Positions 49,301 to 61,100 of a DNA stretch of 64,000 nt are shown piece by piece (position 1 is the stretch's first letter; each line of letters opens with the position of its first letter). Both the position numbers and the translations under genes were made by a program. This stretch comes from Callorhinchus milii. Taxonomy: Eukaryota. The notes under the pieces are model-generated. The model was not told the origin of the DNA, ran no database searches, and was given only the letters and a program-made list of their open reading frames with translations. The stretch lies in assembly GCF_018977255.1 (NCBI RefSeq), contig NW_024704766.1:62001-126000 (forward strand), read 5' to 3'.

Positions 49301-52300
49301 CCTGCTGCGATGGCCTTTAATGGGATCTCCACTGCCTTTGGTACTGGAGCTGGCTCTGGCACAAGGGCTAGATCACAGAAGCACACAAACCATCAGTAAG
49401 TAAAATCATTCAGAACAGCTTGTTAACATTCCTACAAGCATTTAAGAAAAAAATTGCATATATCACTGAGAAGGTGACTTCAGTTACATATAACTGGATA
49501 TTTTCCATCAAATGGAACCAAACAGACATTTCCTTGAACAAAACACAAAATACTGCAGATGCTGGAATCTGAAACAAAAGCAGAAAGAGCTGGGAAAACT
49601 CAGCAGGTCAGGCAGCATCTATGGAGAAAGGAAAGTGAGTCAACGTTTCGGGTCCACGACCCTTCGTCAGACATTTCCTTGTGTCATTCCAAGCGTGCTG
49701 CTGCAGGATACCAGGTTACCCTTTCCTGCACATGTGCCGAAGAAACTAAAATAATGCAAGACAATTTATTACATAAAAAGTTAAAATGCTGGCATGAGAT
49801 TGTGGCATTCTGGTCTAGCAATGTGAAAGGGGAGTAGCACTTCAGAGTATTGCTCCTATTCAAGGTGTCACATTGGAGAGTTTTATACAAAATGTCCACC
49901 ACAAGCTCTTTAACCACCTGTTGTAAAGTCACTTTTTCTGTGCCAGTCAGGCAGAAACCTATCCCATCACCATGTACCTACAAAATACAGTGATTACACT
50001 TTACAGTAAATCTTGTGAAGTGCTTCGAGACATCCCCCCCATCGTGAAAGACACTTTAACAAATGCAACAATTACTATTAGAAGTATTGAAACCAGACTG
50101 AATTCCATGTATGCTTGACATCTATGTATAGAAATTTTGATACAATGCCATCCCTCAATTAGCTGATACCTAATAACTTCCCCAGTACCGCTCTGACAAT
50201 ACTCCATCATAGCAGAACACTACTCACCTTCCTTCTTGTTTTTCTTGTTCTCCTTCTTCTCTCCCCCACGGACTTCTATCAGCGATTTTACAGTTTTCCT
50301 TGATTTATCAGATTGTTCAAATGTTTTCATGGCAGACGGTGCTTTTGCTTTGGTGCGTTCCTCAGCTGCCCTAAATACAACCAGCAAATACTTAAGACAC
50401 TGCAAGTAGAATAAGCGACTAAAAATCTGCGCCAGTTTCTCATTCTACAATTTTCAAAGGTAAAACATAAGAAGAATCTTTCAAACTTAGATTTAATATT
50501 TTTATATGCTGACAAACACACATTGTATTTAATTTTCTCTCCCTTCAAACAGGTTGACTAACGTTCGCAATTGGTTTCATGGATACCAGCCACATGTCGT
50601 TCACACTTCTTGTGTTCCTGCATTTTGATTATCAGATAGTGTGGAGATCATAACCATGTCCGATTCTATCCTTAACCAAGGTCTCCACATACTTTCCAGC
50701 AAAAAGGGAGGAAGTTACCAAATTGGGAATGATTTTCAGTGATTGAACTGAAACCCTGGCTGATTTCCCAGCTCAGGCATTCAGATGCTATTGCTAGTAC
50801 CCAATTGAAATTATGTATAGCACAAAAAGGCCATTCGGCCCATCGATTCTGTGCCTGCTCTTTGAAAAGAGCAATGTAATGTCAATCCCACTCCCCAGTC
50901 CTTTCCCCATAACCCTGCAAACCCGTCTCCTCAAATTCCCATCCACCGTATTTTTAAAAGTTGTTATCGAATCGATGTATCACCATTCTTAGCAGTTGAT
51001 GGAAAGCAGAGAGCATTTACAGCCCCCTCCCCGCACAAGCAACTGGATTACTGTCTATAATAAAAGCTGGCTCCACAATTCTCCTGCTATCCTGCTGGTA
51101 GGGTATGTTTGCAAGGACACTGGCTGCCCCTCATTATCTTAATAGATGATCCCAGACAAGCATCAAAACTCTATTCATTGGCAGGAAGAGAGGAAAGTGT
51201 GTAACGGACAGCCAAATATTAACGCTGCTCCCACCTAGTGTCCAGACAGATCACTGGACAGTGGGAACCTGATTCATTCAACCCAAGGATGCTGCAGCTC
51301 CAACATCTTTGGAATATAAATGAGTTTATTCCTTACCTTAGGAGCATTCTAAAGTCATCTGAAAAGTCAAAAGAGCCGCTGATGTGGCCAAGCACTCCAT
51401 GCTGTTGCAATTGATTTCTATATTTGTCACGAAACTGCATATGGATATCATCAATAAATTTGTCCACATAAGTTAAAGTTAGGATTTTTTGGTAACCCAC
51501 CTGCAGAATAAAGAAAAAATGTGTTTAAATTAACAGGACGTCCTTACCATCCAGCTTCAAGTTGTCAGTTATAAATACACCTTAAATCTTGGAAATGGCA
51601 AATAGTTATAGCCTTTTGCAATATAAAAAAAATTGGAGACAAGTACATAAAACCACCTAGCCATAATAATCCTACTTCTTGCATTTGGTTTAGTATCTTT
51701 CATGTTGGGAGGATGTCTCAAAACACTTCCATGGCAGTCCACCTGCACACAACTGCCATGAAGTATATGGCCAATTTTATTTGGAGTATTTATTGCCCAG
51801 GACACCGGAAGAAACTGCAGTCTTCTTGATTAATGCCATGGGATTTTTAAACACCTATCTGAACAAGCAGAGGGACCTCAGTTTAACGTGTCATCCAAAG
51901 GAAAGCACCACCAACAATACTACCGCGCCCCACCATTGCACTGAAGTATCAGCCTCAACAATGCGAGTTCAAAAGTCCCAACATAGGGCTTGAACCCACA
52001 ACTGAGCCAAGCTGGTACCCATGAAAATCTACTACAGTGCACAAATTGAAAGGAGTGAGCATTCAGCAGCACATAACAGTTAGTGTGACTGTTCCAGTCA
52101 TATACACAGTAGCCTTGGTCTTAACGGATATGAGTTTTCCTCCTGACGTGAAAGACGCTATAGAAATATAATTTGTTGTTGTCACCTGATCCACTTATAG
52201 TGTCCACATGTAGCACAAAGTGCCAAATAGAGCACAAGGAAATGCTTTCCAAAAATGCATCAGTGAAGCAAATCTGATGCATAGACCGGAGTTTCCCTGA

Positions 52301-55003
52301 AGCTTCCCACAGCTATAATGAAAAGCACATCATAATTGGTTTCTCAGTCATGCTCACAAGAGCCAGTGACAATGGCCTCTTTTTCAAAACTCACCACAAA
52401 TAGCAGCTCAAATTCATTGTCCAGCTTGTATTTAAGTGTAAGGGCCTCATGAGTGAAGGAACTGGTTCCCCCTCGCTCCTGTAAAAATGAAAGTTCATTC
52501 ATTAACCAAACAATTTACTTTAGTGTTTTTCCATGTATCATTTTAATAAATCTGAACTTTTTCTTCTGTAAATTGGGAGGTAAATGGGGCACCTTGAGGC
52601 AGCCACAGGAGGACAGACATATTACAATACTTGACAGTCACTCAGAGCTCAGAAAGCCCCAGAGAGATTGCAGTTGGTGCAAATAGTCATGATGTACTCT
52701 TCCAGTCTAATGCATGGACCAAAATTTGTTGACTAACTTTGTGGTTCATCATAAACATATCTATTTTTGCGGGTCTAACTTTCACAGATGAACCAATTTT
52801 TAAAATCTTTTTGCGTGGACTAATTTCCGGGGATGGCTCACATTTAAATAAATTAAGATGAGTTAGTGTAAATTGGATGCAATAAAAATCTGTGAGATCA
52901 GAAAGCGGCTGTGCTCGCGCGTGTACCAGCCTCATGAAAATAATTTATACCATTCTCGCTTTAAAAATCATTTACCTTGTGAGAACAGTTTGAATTGTTC
53001 AAGATGGTGCACATTGTCAAAGATCAAACATGAATGATGACCATTTTGGTGCAACAACCAGCCCCCAATGGACCATATTTCATCTATCTGGCTCAATACG
53101 ACAGTGCAATAATGCACTAAGCCATCATGGAAGTGATACACACTCATTAGTGTAGACAATAAGCCTACACTATTTCAGTAGCGAGGATTCTAAGTACATA
53201 AGCATTTAGGGATTATGCTTCTGATTCTTCCTAGCAATATATTTATTCTCAAAAATAAATAAACCGCCTAAAAGCTTATATAGCAGCTATAGGGACATGC
53301 AGTACAGAAAGAACCAAACTGAAAAACAAACATCACAGAAGTTATTTTAATTTGTAGGCAGGCCTCTGTTAATAGGCCACCTGAACATCAGCCAGAGCCT
53401 TAGGCAATAGTTGTAAATTCCCCAAACACCCCAAAGCTTCAAAACAAAGCAGAATACATCTAAGTATCAAGCAGCTTTTTGGATTGGAGCAAGAATAGAC
53501 ATGGTCCCAAGGGGGTTACAGTAAAAAAGACACCAAAACAGCTTTTTTAAAAAAATTCATAGAATTATTGAAATTTACAACATATAGAAGGCCATTCGTC
53601 CCATTGTATCCGTGCTGGCTCTGCTCAAATAACAACCTATTCATGCCCATTAACCTTGCTTTTCCCATTGCCCTAAATATTAGTTTTTTTAAGATATCTA
53701 CCCAAGTTCTTTCGAAACCGAATATGGATCTTGCCTCAACCACAGCACCTGGCAGGCCATTCCACCTCGTAATCCACATCCTCACTAATAATCCCTCAAA
53801 AAAAAACAATAATAAATTGGTCATTTTCAATCCATGACTGTTTGTGGGACACTGCTGTGCGCAATTGGCTGCCGCGTTCGCCCACAAATATACAGTCAAT
53901 TTACTTTACAGTATATTCTGTGAAGCGCTTTGGGACGTCGAGAAGACCTGAAAAGCGCTATATCAAATGCAAGGATTATTATTATTATAATCTCCCCCAT
54001 TGCTATCTTGTTTGGCTACAAATACAATCACAATGCTTAACAGTAAAATCCTCACTGTTTTAAATGCAAGAATTTTATCTATAACTGATACCTTCTAGTC
54101 ACTGAGAAGTGGAAAAACAAAGCAGATCTGAATCCAATAACCACAACAGAACAACGCCATATGGTAGTTACCCATTGACTTTTGTAACAAATCCCTGCAC
54201 AGTAATTTGTAATGTTAAGATCTGATGCAATCAAAAATTAATAACTGTTTGGTCTACGTGGATTTTCTTATCTAAAGGGCATTACAATTGTGGACACGAG
54301 TCAACGTATCCACAACGTGAAGGATAAGGCAACACGATCTTAAGCAGCAAGGCTTTGGCGTGAGACAGTCCTGACTGAACGGATTACTTCAGTGCGGTGC
54401 GATGTTGACTTGCATTTAGCGCCATTTACACGGGAGGACGTCTCGTCGTGTGAAGTGTAGGGACTGCGCTGCCTGGGAGCGACCGTTATAGTTGATATCT
54501 CTGTAACAAGCGTATTTACCCGGGTCAGGCATTTATCAGTATCTTGGAGCATTCGGCGCCAGCAGCTGGCGACATGGTGCTGAGAAACGGCAGCACATCG
54601 AGAGGCGCCGATTATCTCCTCTTCCTTCCAATCTGAGATGTGCGGCGGCGGCGCCACGTAGAGAGGATTTGGGGCCACCAGACTGAGAATGAAACAGTGA
54701 AGCCCCTCACACGCCCTGACAGACCCCCATTCCCCTCCGGCTGCTGGCGGTGCGGCCGGACCCGGGCTTGGCCTCGGGCGGCATTGGTTGAAGGCACCGG
54801 CCGGCGCGGCAGCAGGTTCCCGGGGGGGAGGGGCTGCCGGCACCTGCGCGTCAGAGCCCGGGAGCTGCGCTCGGCCTCGGCCTCACCTGGAGGATGACGC
54901 TCCGGATGAGCGCATTGACGGTGCCGCTGACGGAGCCACTGACTCCCTGGAAGCACCAGAGCACGATGCCGCCTTTACTGAAGATCGAGAAGAAATCCAA
55001 CAT
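40378..55003 (-). CDS. SRPRA: Signal recognition particle receptor subunit alpha (SRX domain + NG GTPase), 14 exons, about 641 aa
   Basis: Exons on minus: 54887-55003 ([16 protein letters not shown]), 52395-52478, 51337-51500, 50228-50370, 49202-49367, 48569-48719, 46780-46895, 46565-46683, 45328-45414, 44349-44521, 42481-42694, 41869-42032, 41347-41445, 40378-40506. Total 1926 nt, phases consistent. GTPase motifs [32 protein letters not shown]. Confidence 0.97.
42805..43715 (-). mobile_element. L2-clade LINE fragment with internal deletion
   Basis: WFRSYLS.R...[16 protein letters not shown] in ORF 43332-43610(-), [10 protein letters not shown] and the (TTG)n tail. Confidence 0.85.
44830..45170 (+). 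mobile_element. Second, older DeuSINE family (SacSINE1/AmnSINE1-like)
   Basis: GGTTGTGGGTTCAA...TGCAGTGCTG...TTAAACCGAGGCCC...CCCATGGC...AATTGGCTGCC. Related copies at about 17400-17590, 21385-21605, 51700-52015(-) and 57675-58065. Confidence 0.7.
45585..46460. repeat. Unclassified interspersed repeat, longest copy in window, with nested L2 tail at about 46235-46345
   Basis: Aligns by eye with 34120-34545, 11500-11825, 56145-56330 and 57178-57320. Confidence 0.75.
46964..47771 (-). mobile_element. tRNA-derived Deu SINE split by a 409-bp insertion (47169-47577)
   Basis: Tail and Deu domain at 46964-47165; linker and tRNA head at 47580-47771. Confidence 0.8.
49540..49675 (-). mobile_element. 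Penelope-like element terminal fragment with a minimal hammerhead ribozyme core
   Basis: Minus strand reads CTGACGA-A-GGGTC-GTG-GACCC-GAAA-CGTT then CATAGATGCTGCCTGACCTGCTGAGTTTTCCCAGC, the typical chondrichthyan Penelope end (recalled). Confidence 0.75.
53785..53990 (+). mobile_element. Headless Deu-SINE fragment abutting a CR1 3' fragment (about 53555-53785, minus)
   Basis: Deu domain and GGATTATTATTAT tail; CATAGAAT...AGGCCATTCG CR1 end. Confidence 0.75.
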
Positions 55004-55190
55004 GGCGCCGGCCTCTCGCGCTCAGAACAATCCAGAAGCTCGGGCGGGGCGCGCGGGTCACTGAGCGACACGTCTGCATGTACCCGCTCCGCGCATGCGT
55101 CAACCTGTCACGTGCCCGATGGGGGGCCGGAGAGCTGTCAGCGCCTGAGGGGAGGCTGCGCGCGCAGAGCTCACTGTCCGGCGGCGGAAG
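55004..55190. promoter_or_regulatory. Bidirectional CpG-island promoter of SRPRA and FOXRED1 (187 bp between start codons)
   Basis: GC box 55042-55050, NRF1-like GCGCATGCG 55091-55099 and CTGCGCGCGCAG 55156-55167, E-box CACGTG 55109-55114; CpG-rich from about 54300 to 55600. Confidence 0.85.
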
Positions 55191-58100
55191 ATGTTGTCCT
55201 GCGGGTGTGTGAGGCGGCGGTTTCTGAGCTTCCTGCGGCTTCCGTGCTTTCCCCCCTCGGCCTTCAACACCGGCACCGGGCAGGGGAGCCATGGGGACTT
55301 CTTCAAGGGTGAGAGGCGCCGGCTGTCCGCTGTGAGCGGGGTGGGCCGGGGGTGAGCCCGGGGTGAGCCCGGGGGTGAGCCCGGGGTGGGCCGGGGGGTG
55401 AGCCCGGGGTGGGCCGGGGTGTGAGCAGGGGGTGGGCGGGGGGGGGTGAGCGGTGGGTGTGAGCGGGGGGTGTGAGCCGGGGGTGTGAGCGGGGGGTGTG
55501 AGCGGGGGGTGTGAGCGGGGGGTGGGCGGGGGGGTGGGCGGGGGGGGGGGGGGGTGTGTGAGCGGGGGGGGTGGGCGGGGGGTGGGACGGCGGATTTCCC
55601 TCATATTCTGAAATGTGAAAACTGAGTGTTGCAGTGTCAAAGGGCGATGTAAATGAACCAATTTAATACATTCAAATCCATTTTACATAGTAATAATAAT
55701 CCTCGCATTTGATATAGTGCCTTATCACGTCTTTGAGATGTCTCAAAGCGCTTCACCGAATATACTGTAAAGTGAATTGAAATTTTGTTATAACCTGTGA
55801 AGCGCTTTGAGACGTCTTAACAATGTGATAAGACTCTATCAAATGCCAGGATTATTATTAATGCAAATCTATTTTTGATCTTGTGCATGAAGATCAGCCT
55901 CTCTTGAGTAAAATATTGGGATTTTAGTCACTGTGGAACCCAACTTCAGGTGTGGGAGAGGGATAAAATTGTCAACAAAAGTACTGTTTGCAATTTTATT
56001 TCAAAGTTAAACATTTACTTTAACCTGTTTCAAAGTTCTGGCTCTTTGAAAGTTAACGTTTGTGAAGAGTTTGTACACTGTTATTGATCTACAGTTCTAT
56101 GCAATAGGCAAATAGGGCATTCAAGGAGATTCTTTACTTGGGTTTCTCCAAGCCTTGGTTCTTGCCAGAGATAGTGTTCGGATCCTGGAGTTTAACCAGC
56201 TAAAACTACAGATTATCATTGAAAGGACTGACTGCAAGCTATCTTGCTGCTTGTCAAGTTACCATTTGGAGTTTTTATTTGCAGGGCTAATAGGAGCTGA
56301 GTGGGAAGAATTCCTGCCCCGTTAACTGGTCAGAAAGGTGATAATGTCACCAGGGAGAAGATGTACCTTTAGATTCTACTCTTGTTTCGCTTCCATTTTC
56401 ACCCTACGCTTCTTCTTGGTAACATTATCCAAAGCGTGGGTGCAGTTTCCATATGCATGACGACTTTACCTCTCTGGTGCCACTCTTGTTTGGTTCTCAC
56501 CTTCATCCTTTCATACGTCAATCTTCCTAGCTTAATCAACCAATGCCCAATTTTGTCAGGATTGGTGGTAGGAATGGAATTGGTAATTGAAGTGTTTGTT
56601 GGTCCCTAGTTTCAGCCAAGTTTCTCTCTCCATTCCAGATTTTGAGAATGGGATTATGAAATTCAAACAGAAAACCAAGGATGCACTTCCAGGAAGTGAC
56701 TGGAATCCTGTGTACCAAACCCCTGGTCTGCCTCCCGAGTGGGCTGATGTTGTCATCGTGGGGGGAGGGGTGGTGGGCTGGTCCATCGCTTACTGGCTGA
56801 AGAAAAAGGAGAAAATTCGGAACACGCTCCGAGTGGTTGTGGTGGAGAAGGACCCAACAGTGAGTTTACTGACCCCTGATCCTCCCCACTTCAAAGCTCG
56901 TCTCAAGACTTCTTTGTGAAGTACTTCGAAGTATTCTCATCTGGCTCCCTCCCTTGCCTCCTTCAAGGCCAGTCTCAAGAGCTTACTCTGATCGTGCTTT
57001 GTGGCCACCCCCCGACCCTCCACCCCTCTTCATTCCAACCCCCAGCTCGGATGCAAACCCTTAACTAACTGTCCAGCTGCTTGGGAAGTCCTTCCGACAT
57101 GAAAATCGCCATATAAATGTAATTTTCTTGATGTTTGTTGTTGTTGCTTGTCTCCCTAGGTCTCCCCTATCTATTATTGCTTCCAGTCCTTCTGATGAGC
57201 CAAGCTGAGTTGTCTGTCGTCAGTAATGCCCTGGAGTACTGCAGAGCCACCTGGCTCAGGAACTGGGCTACTGAGACCACCTTAGAGAATTGACTTGATT
57301 CCGGCATTCTGTTGGCAAGCCCATCACCTTCCTCTGCTCCAAGTCACAGTGCCACCAAAACAAGTCAGTGTTCTGTTGTTTACTATAGTCACTGATCTTT
57401 CTTTGCCCCCCCCCACCAGTACTCCAAAGCTTCCACAGCCCTGTCGGTGGGAGGTATTCGTCAACAATTTTCTCTGCCAGAGAACATTCATTTGTCCCTG
57501 GACTCTGCTTGCTTCTTACGCAATATAAAGGTACTATTGGACAAAGTCCTGACTTGGGTGGTATTTAGAGAAAATATTTTTCAGTTCGGGTTGACTTGTT
57601 TTAGAAGCTAGGTAATTTTAAAGCTAAGACTATGATTTATTTTATGCCTAGGATGTCCCTATCATTTGCCCGTACAAAGTCAGAAGGTTGTGGGTTGAAG
57701 CTCCATGTCGGAACTTGGAATCACACAGTCAAAGCTGACACTCCTTTGCGTGGTGGGGAGTGGGTGGTTGTATTGTCAGGGGTGTCGTTCTTCGGATGAT
57801 GCATTAAACCGAGGTCCCATCTGCCTGTTCAGATGGATGAAAAGAGAAGGGAATTTCTCCCGGTGACCTGGCCAACAAATCACCCAAATAAAAATTGGTG
57901 ATTCACTCTATGGCTGTTTACGGGACATTGCTGTAGGCAAACTGGCTGCTGTGTTTCACCCATAAAATATATGTTCAAACCACTTTACAATTTATCGTGT
58001 GAAAGTGCTTTGAGACACCTTGACGACGTGATAAGCGCTATATCAAATGCAAGGATTATTATTATACAATGAAGAATTAAAGTTCTGCATAAATTCTTTA

Positions 58101-61100
58101 CAGGAGATTAGACACTGTCAATTAACATTCTCTTTCCATCTGTCTGATAGGAGAACCTCAGTGTGATAAATAAGGACCCTGTGGACATACAGTTTAACCC
58201 TTCAGGATACCTGTTCCTGGCCAGTGATGAGGGTAGTGCAGCTCTAGAGGAGAATTATCATATCCAGAGGTGAGAAAGGCTTAGAAAATGTTGGAGGTTC
58301 AGCCTTTGTGCAGTGGGTAGAACTACAGCTAACGGGGTGGGAAGATATCAGGGGTGCTGATGCCCTGTATCAACACTCACACATCAAACAAAACAGATGC
58401 ATTGAATTTTAAGGAAACAAAAGGCAAAAACGTTTGGTGTCAAAGAAATTGATAAGACACACTGTAAAAACATAGTGAGTTATCACATTGCCAACATTTC
58501 ATGAGTTCAAACTGTAGTGCTTTAAACCTTAAACCACAGGACGCTACCCTATGTGAAGGGCCCTATATAAATGCAAGTGTTGTTGTTGTAGTGACTATTA
58601 CGTAGGCAAACTTGGCAGTTCATTTATACCAGTTGGGGAAACTGAAGATTAAGGAAGACATGGGGGGTAGGGGAAGAAATAATACATTACAGAGGTTACA
58701 CTAATGTTTCCATCTTTAGGAGAGAAGGTGCAAAGGTCATGCTCCTAACACCACAGCAGTTACAGAAGAAGTTTCCGTGGATCAACATAGACGGTGTTGC
58801 AGTTGCCTCCTTTGGTGAGTTGCTTATTAAGACATTTGATTCCTGAAAGCCTTTATTACCTCAGCTTTAAGACCATTGACTTAAAGTAGTAGTGCCCTTT
58901 CTGCTAGCCTGTTTGTCTTCCTGTATTCTTCTGCATTCTTTTTCACCCCCCCCACCCTCCCTCTCCATTTTGGTATCATCTGCAAATTTTGAGACCATAC
59001 CTCCTGTTCCTCAATCCAATTTATGTATGTGAACAATAGTGATGCTAACATGGATCCCTGTGGAACACCACTTCCTACTCTTTGCTTCCAATTTTCTAAC
59101 CATTCTTTGATCCATTCTGCTACTACTCTATGACTCCACATGCCCCTGATATTAGTCATGAGTCTATCATGTGGCACTTTATCAAAGTCCTTCTGAAAAT
59201 CCAAGTACATTACATCCACTACATTTCTCTCATCTATATCAGTTACATATTTTAAAGAATTTGATGAGGTTGACCTACTAGGTAACTAGTTACTTCATCA
59301 TTTATGAATTTCCTAATATTGGCAGTAAACCAGACTCTGAGCGTTATCTGGCTGCCGTATCATTGAGGATCTCATTTTTATGTTCTTCATTGCGATATTT
59401 AATTTCATCAATGTCGGGGCCCATGTCACTCGATTGGGAGCAGGGAGCAGGTCTGCTCTGCCAGTGGTGTTAATGTTGAGATTATTATTGAAGCCAAATA
59501 TGTCTTCTGTGTCTGAATTCTGTTTAGATGTTTCCTTGTGTTCTCTGTGGTAGGTCTCGAGAATGAGGGCTGGTTTGATCCCTGGATGCTACTGAATGCA
59601 TTTCGAAATAAAGCGCTATCCATGGGCATCCATCATTGTTATGGAGAAGTAACTGGTGAGAGCAGCTGATCTGGAGCAACCAAATGGCATGTAGTTATGA
59701 TTGGAACATATATCACTTTAAGTTTGTATAATGCCTTTCACATAAAAGAACCGCTCTAAGTGCTTTGCAGAACAAGATTAATTAGAAAAAGTGAGCTTCT
59801 TTTGACAGATGTTGCAGCTAATATGCCATCAATGGCCTACAAACAATAAAACAAAATGCCGATTAATTAGAAGCTTGGAATGAAGTTGGTTGAGGAGGTA
59901 ACATAAAATAGGATCATCAGGAGCAAAACTCCACTGAATATGAACTGTGCCATCTGCCGTCATCATGGACACTCCTGTGGAAGATTCTAAAAACATTTTG
60001 CTGAGCTCCAGAATATTCATAGATTCCTATATGCTAAATCATCCTGGATACTTAAATTACGCCTGAGATTTTAGAAAGACAGTTTTTGTGGAGGAAGGAG
60101 TTTGAAGGTGCTTCATTGACTAAATACCTGGTAACAGTGAATTTGTTTAAGGAGGTTTGATGACAGAAGGCACAGGCACAATGGGCCAAATGGCCTCCTT
60201 CTGTGCTGTGATATTCTATGATTCTAAAGAGATGAGGTGGGAGAGGGTGAGATATGCCTTTTGTGATAAAGCCAAACATCCCAATAGCCTTTTTAATCCC
60301 TCCACAACTGTGAGGGAGCGTTTTCAATGTTGTGTTTTCTGCTGACAGGCCTAAAACATTCTGTCCAAGAGGTGGAGGCAAATGATGGAAGCACAGTGAC
60401 CTTTAAGAGAATCCATCATGTCCATGTACGAGGTTCTTGATAACTCCACCCTCTTCCACATTCTTAAATGTTTTTATTTTCTTTCTATGACAAGCACCAT
60501 CACGGATTAAGACAACGCGCTCCGGGGCTAGGAACTCCTGCCAGCAACTCTCTGATCATGGCGTGGGCTCAAACCTCCTCCAGGGTTTAATCTAGTGTCT
60601 GGTTGGAGTTCGGAATTCCTTGGGGACCAGGAGTTTGGAGATGTGTGTGAAGGGGTATCTCAGGGGGCTATAGATCTGGGGTGGGGGAGGGGGTGTGATG
60701 ATTGTGGTTGTTCTCCTCTGGTAGTTTCTTGCTGTCGCTTGATGGCGGTTAAGGACTCGCTGTGTGGGAATTGTTGGTATAATCCACCTGGTGACAGAAC
60801 TTGGAGCCAATCTCAGGCCAAAAACCTAATCCTTCTTGTTTCTGGCTAATGATAGGTGCAGATGCCAGACAGCTTGGAGTACCAGCCAGTGGAATGTTCT
60901 TTGGTTGTCAATGCAGCTGGAGCTTGGTCAGCCAAAGTGGCAGAGATGATCGGAATTGGTAGTGGGCCTGAAGGTACTCTGGCTGGTACAAAACTCCCTG
61001 TGGAACCCAGGAAGAGGTGAGAATGGAAAATGGGAAGGCTGCATTTTCATCATCAACAACAACAAAATTACATTTGTAAAGCACCTTTCACGTCGGGAGG

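Noticed and set aside
54340-55661. Overlapping GC-rich ORFs around the bidirectional promoter
   Set aside because: Expected stop-codon scarcity in a CpG island; the real exons are 54887-55003(-) and 55191-55308(+).
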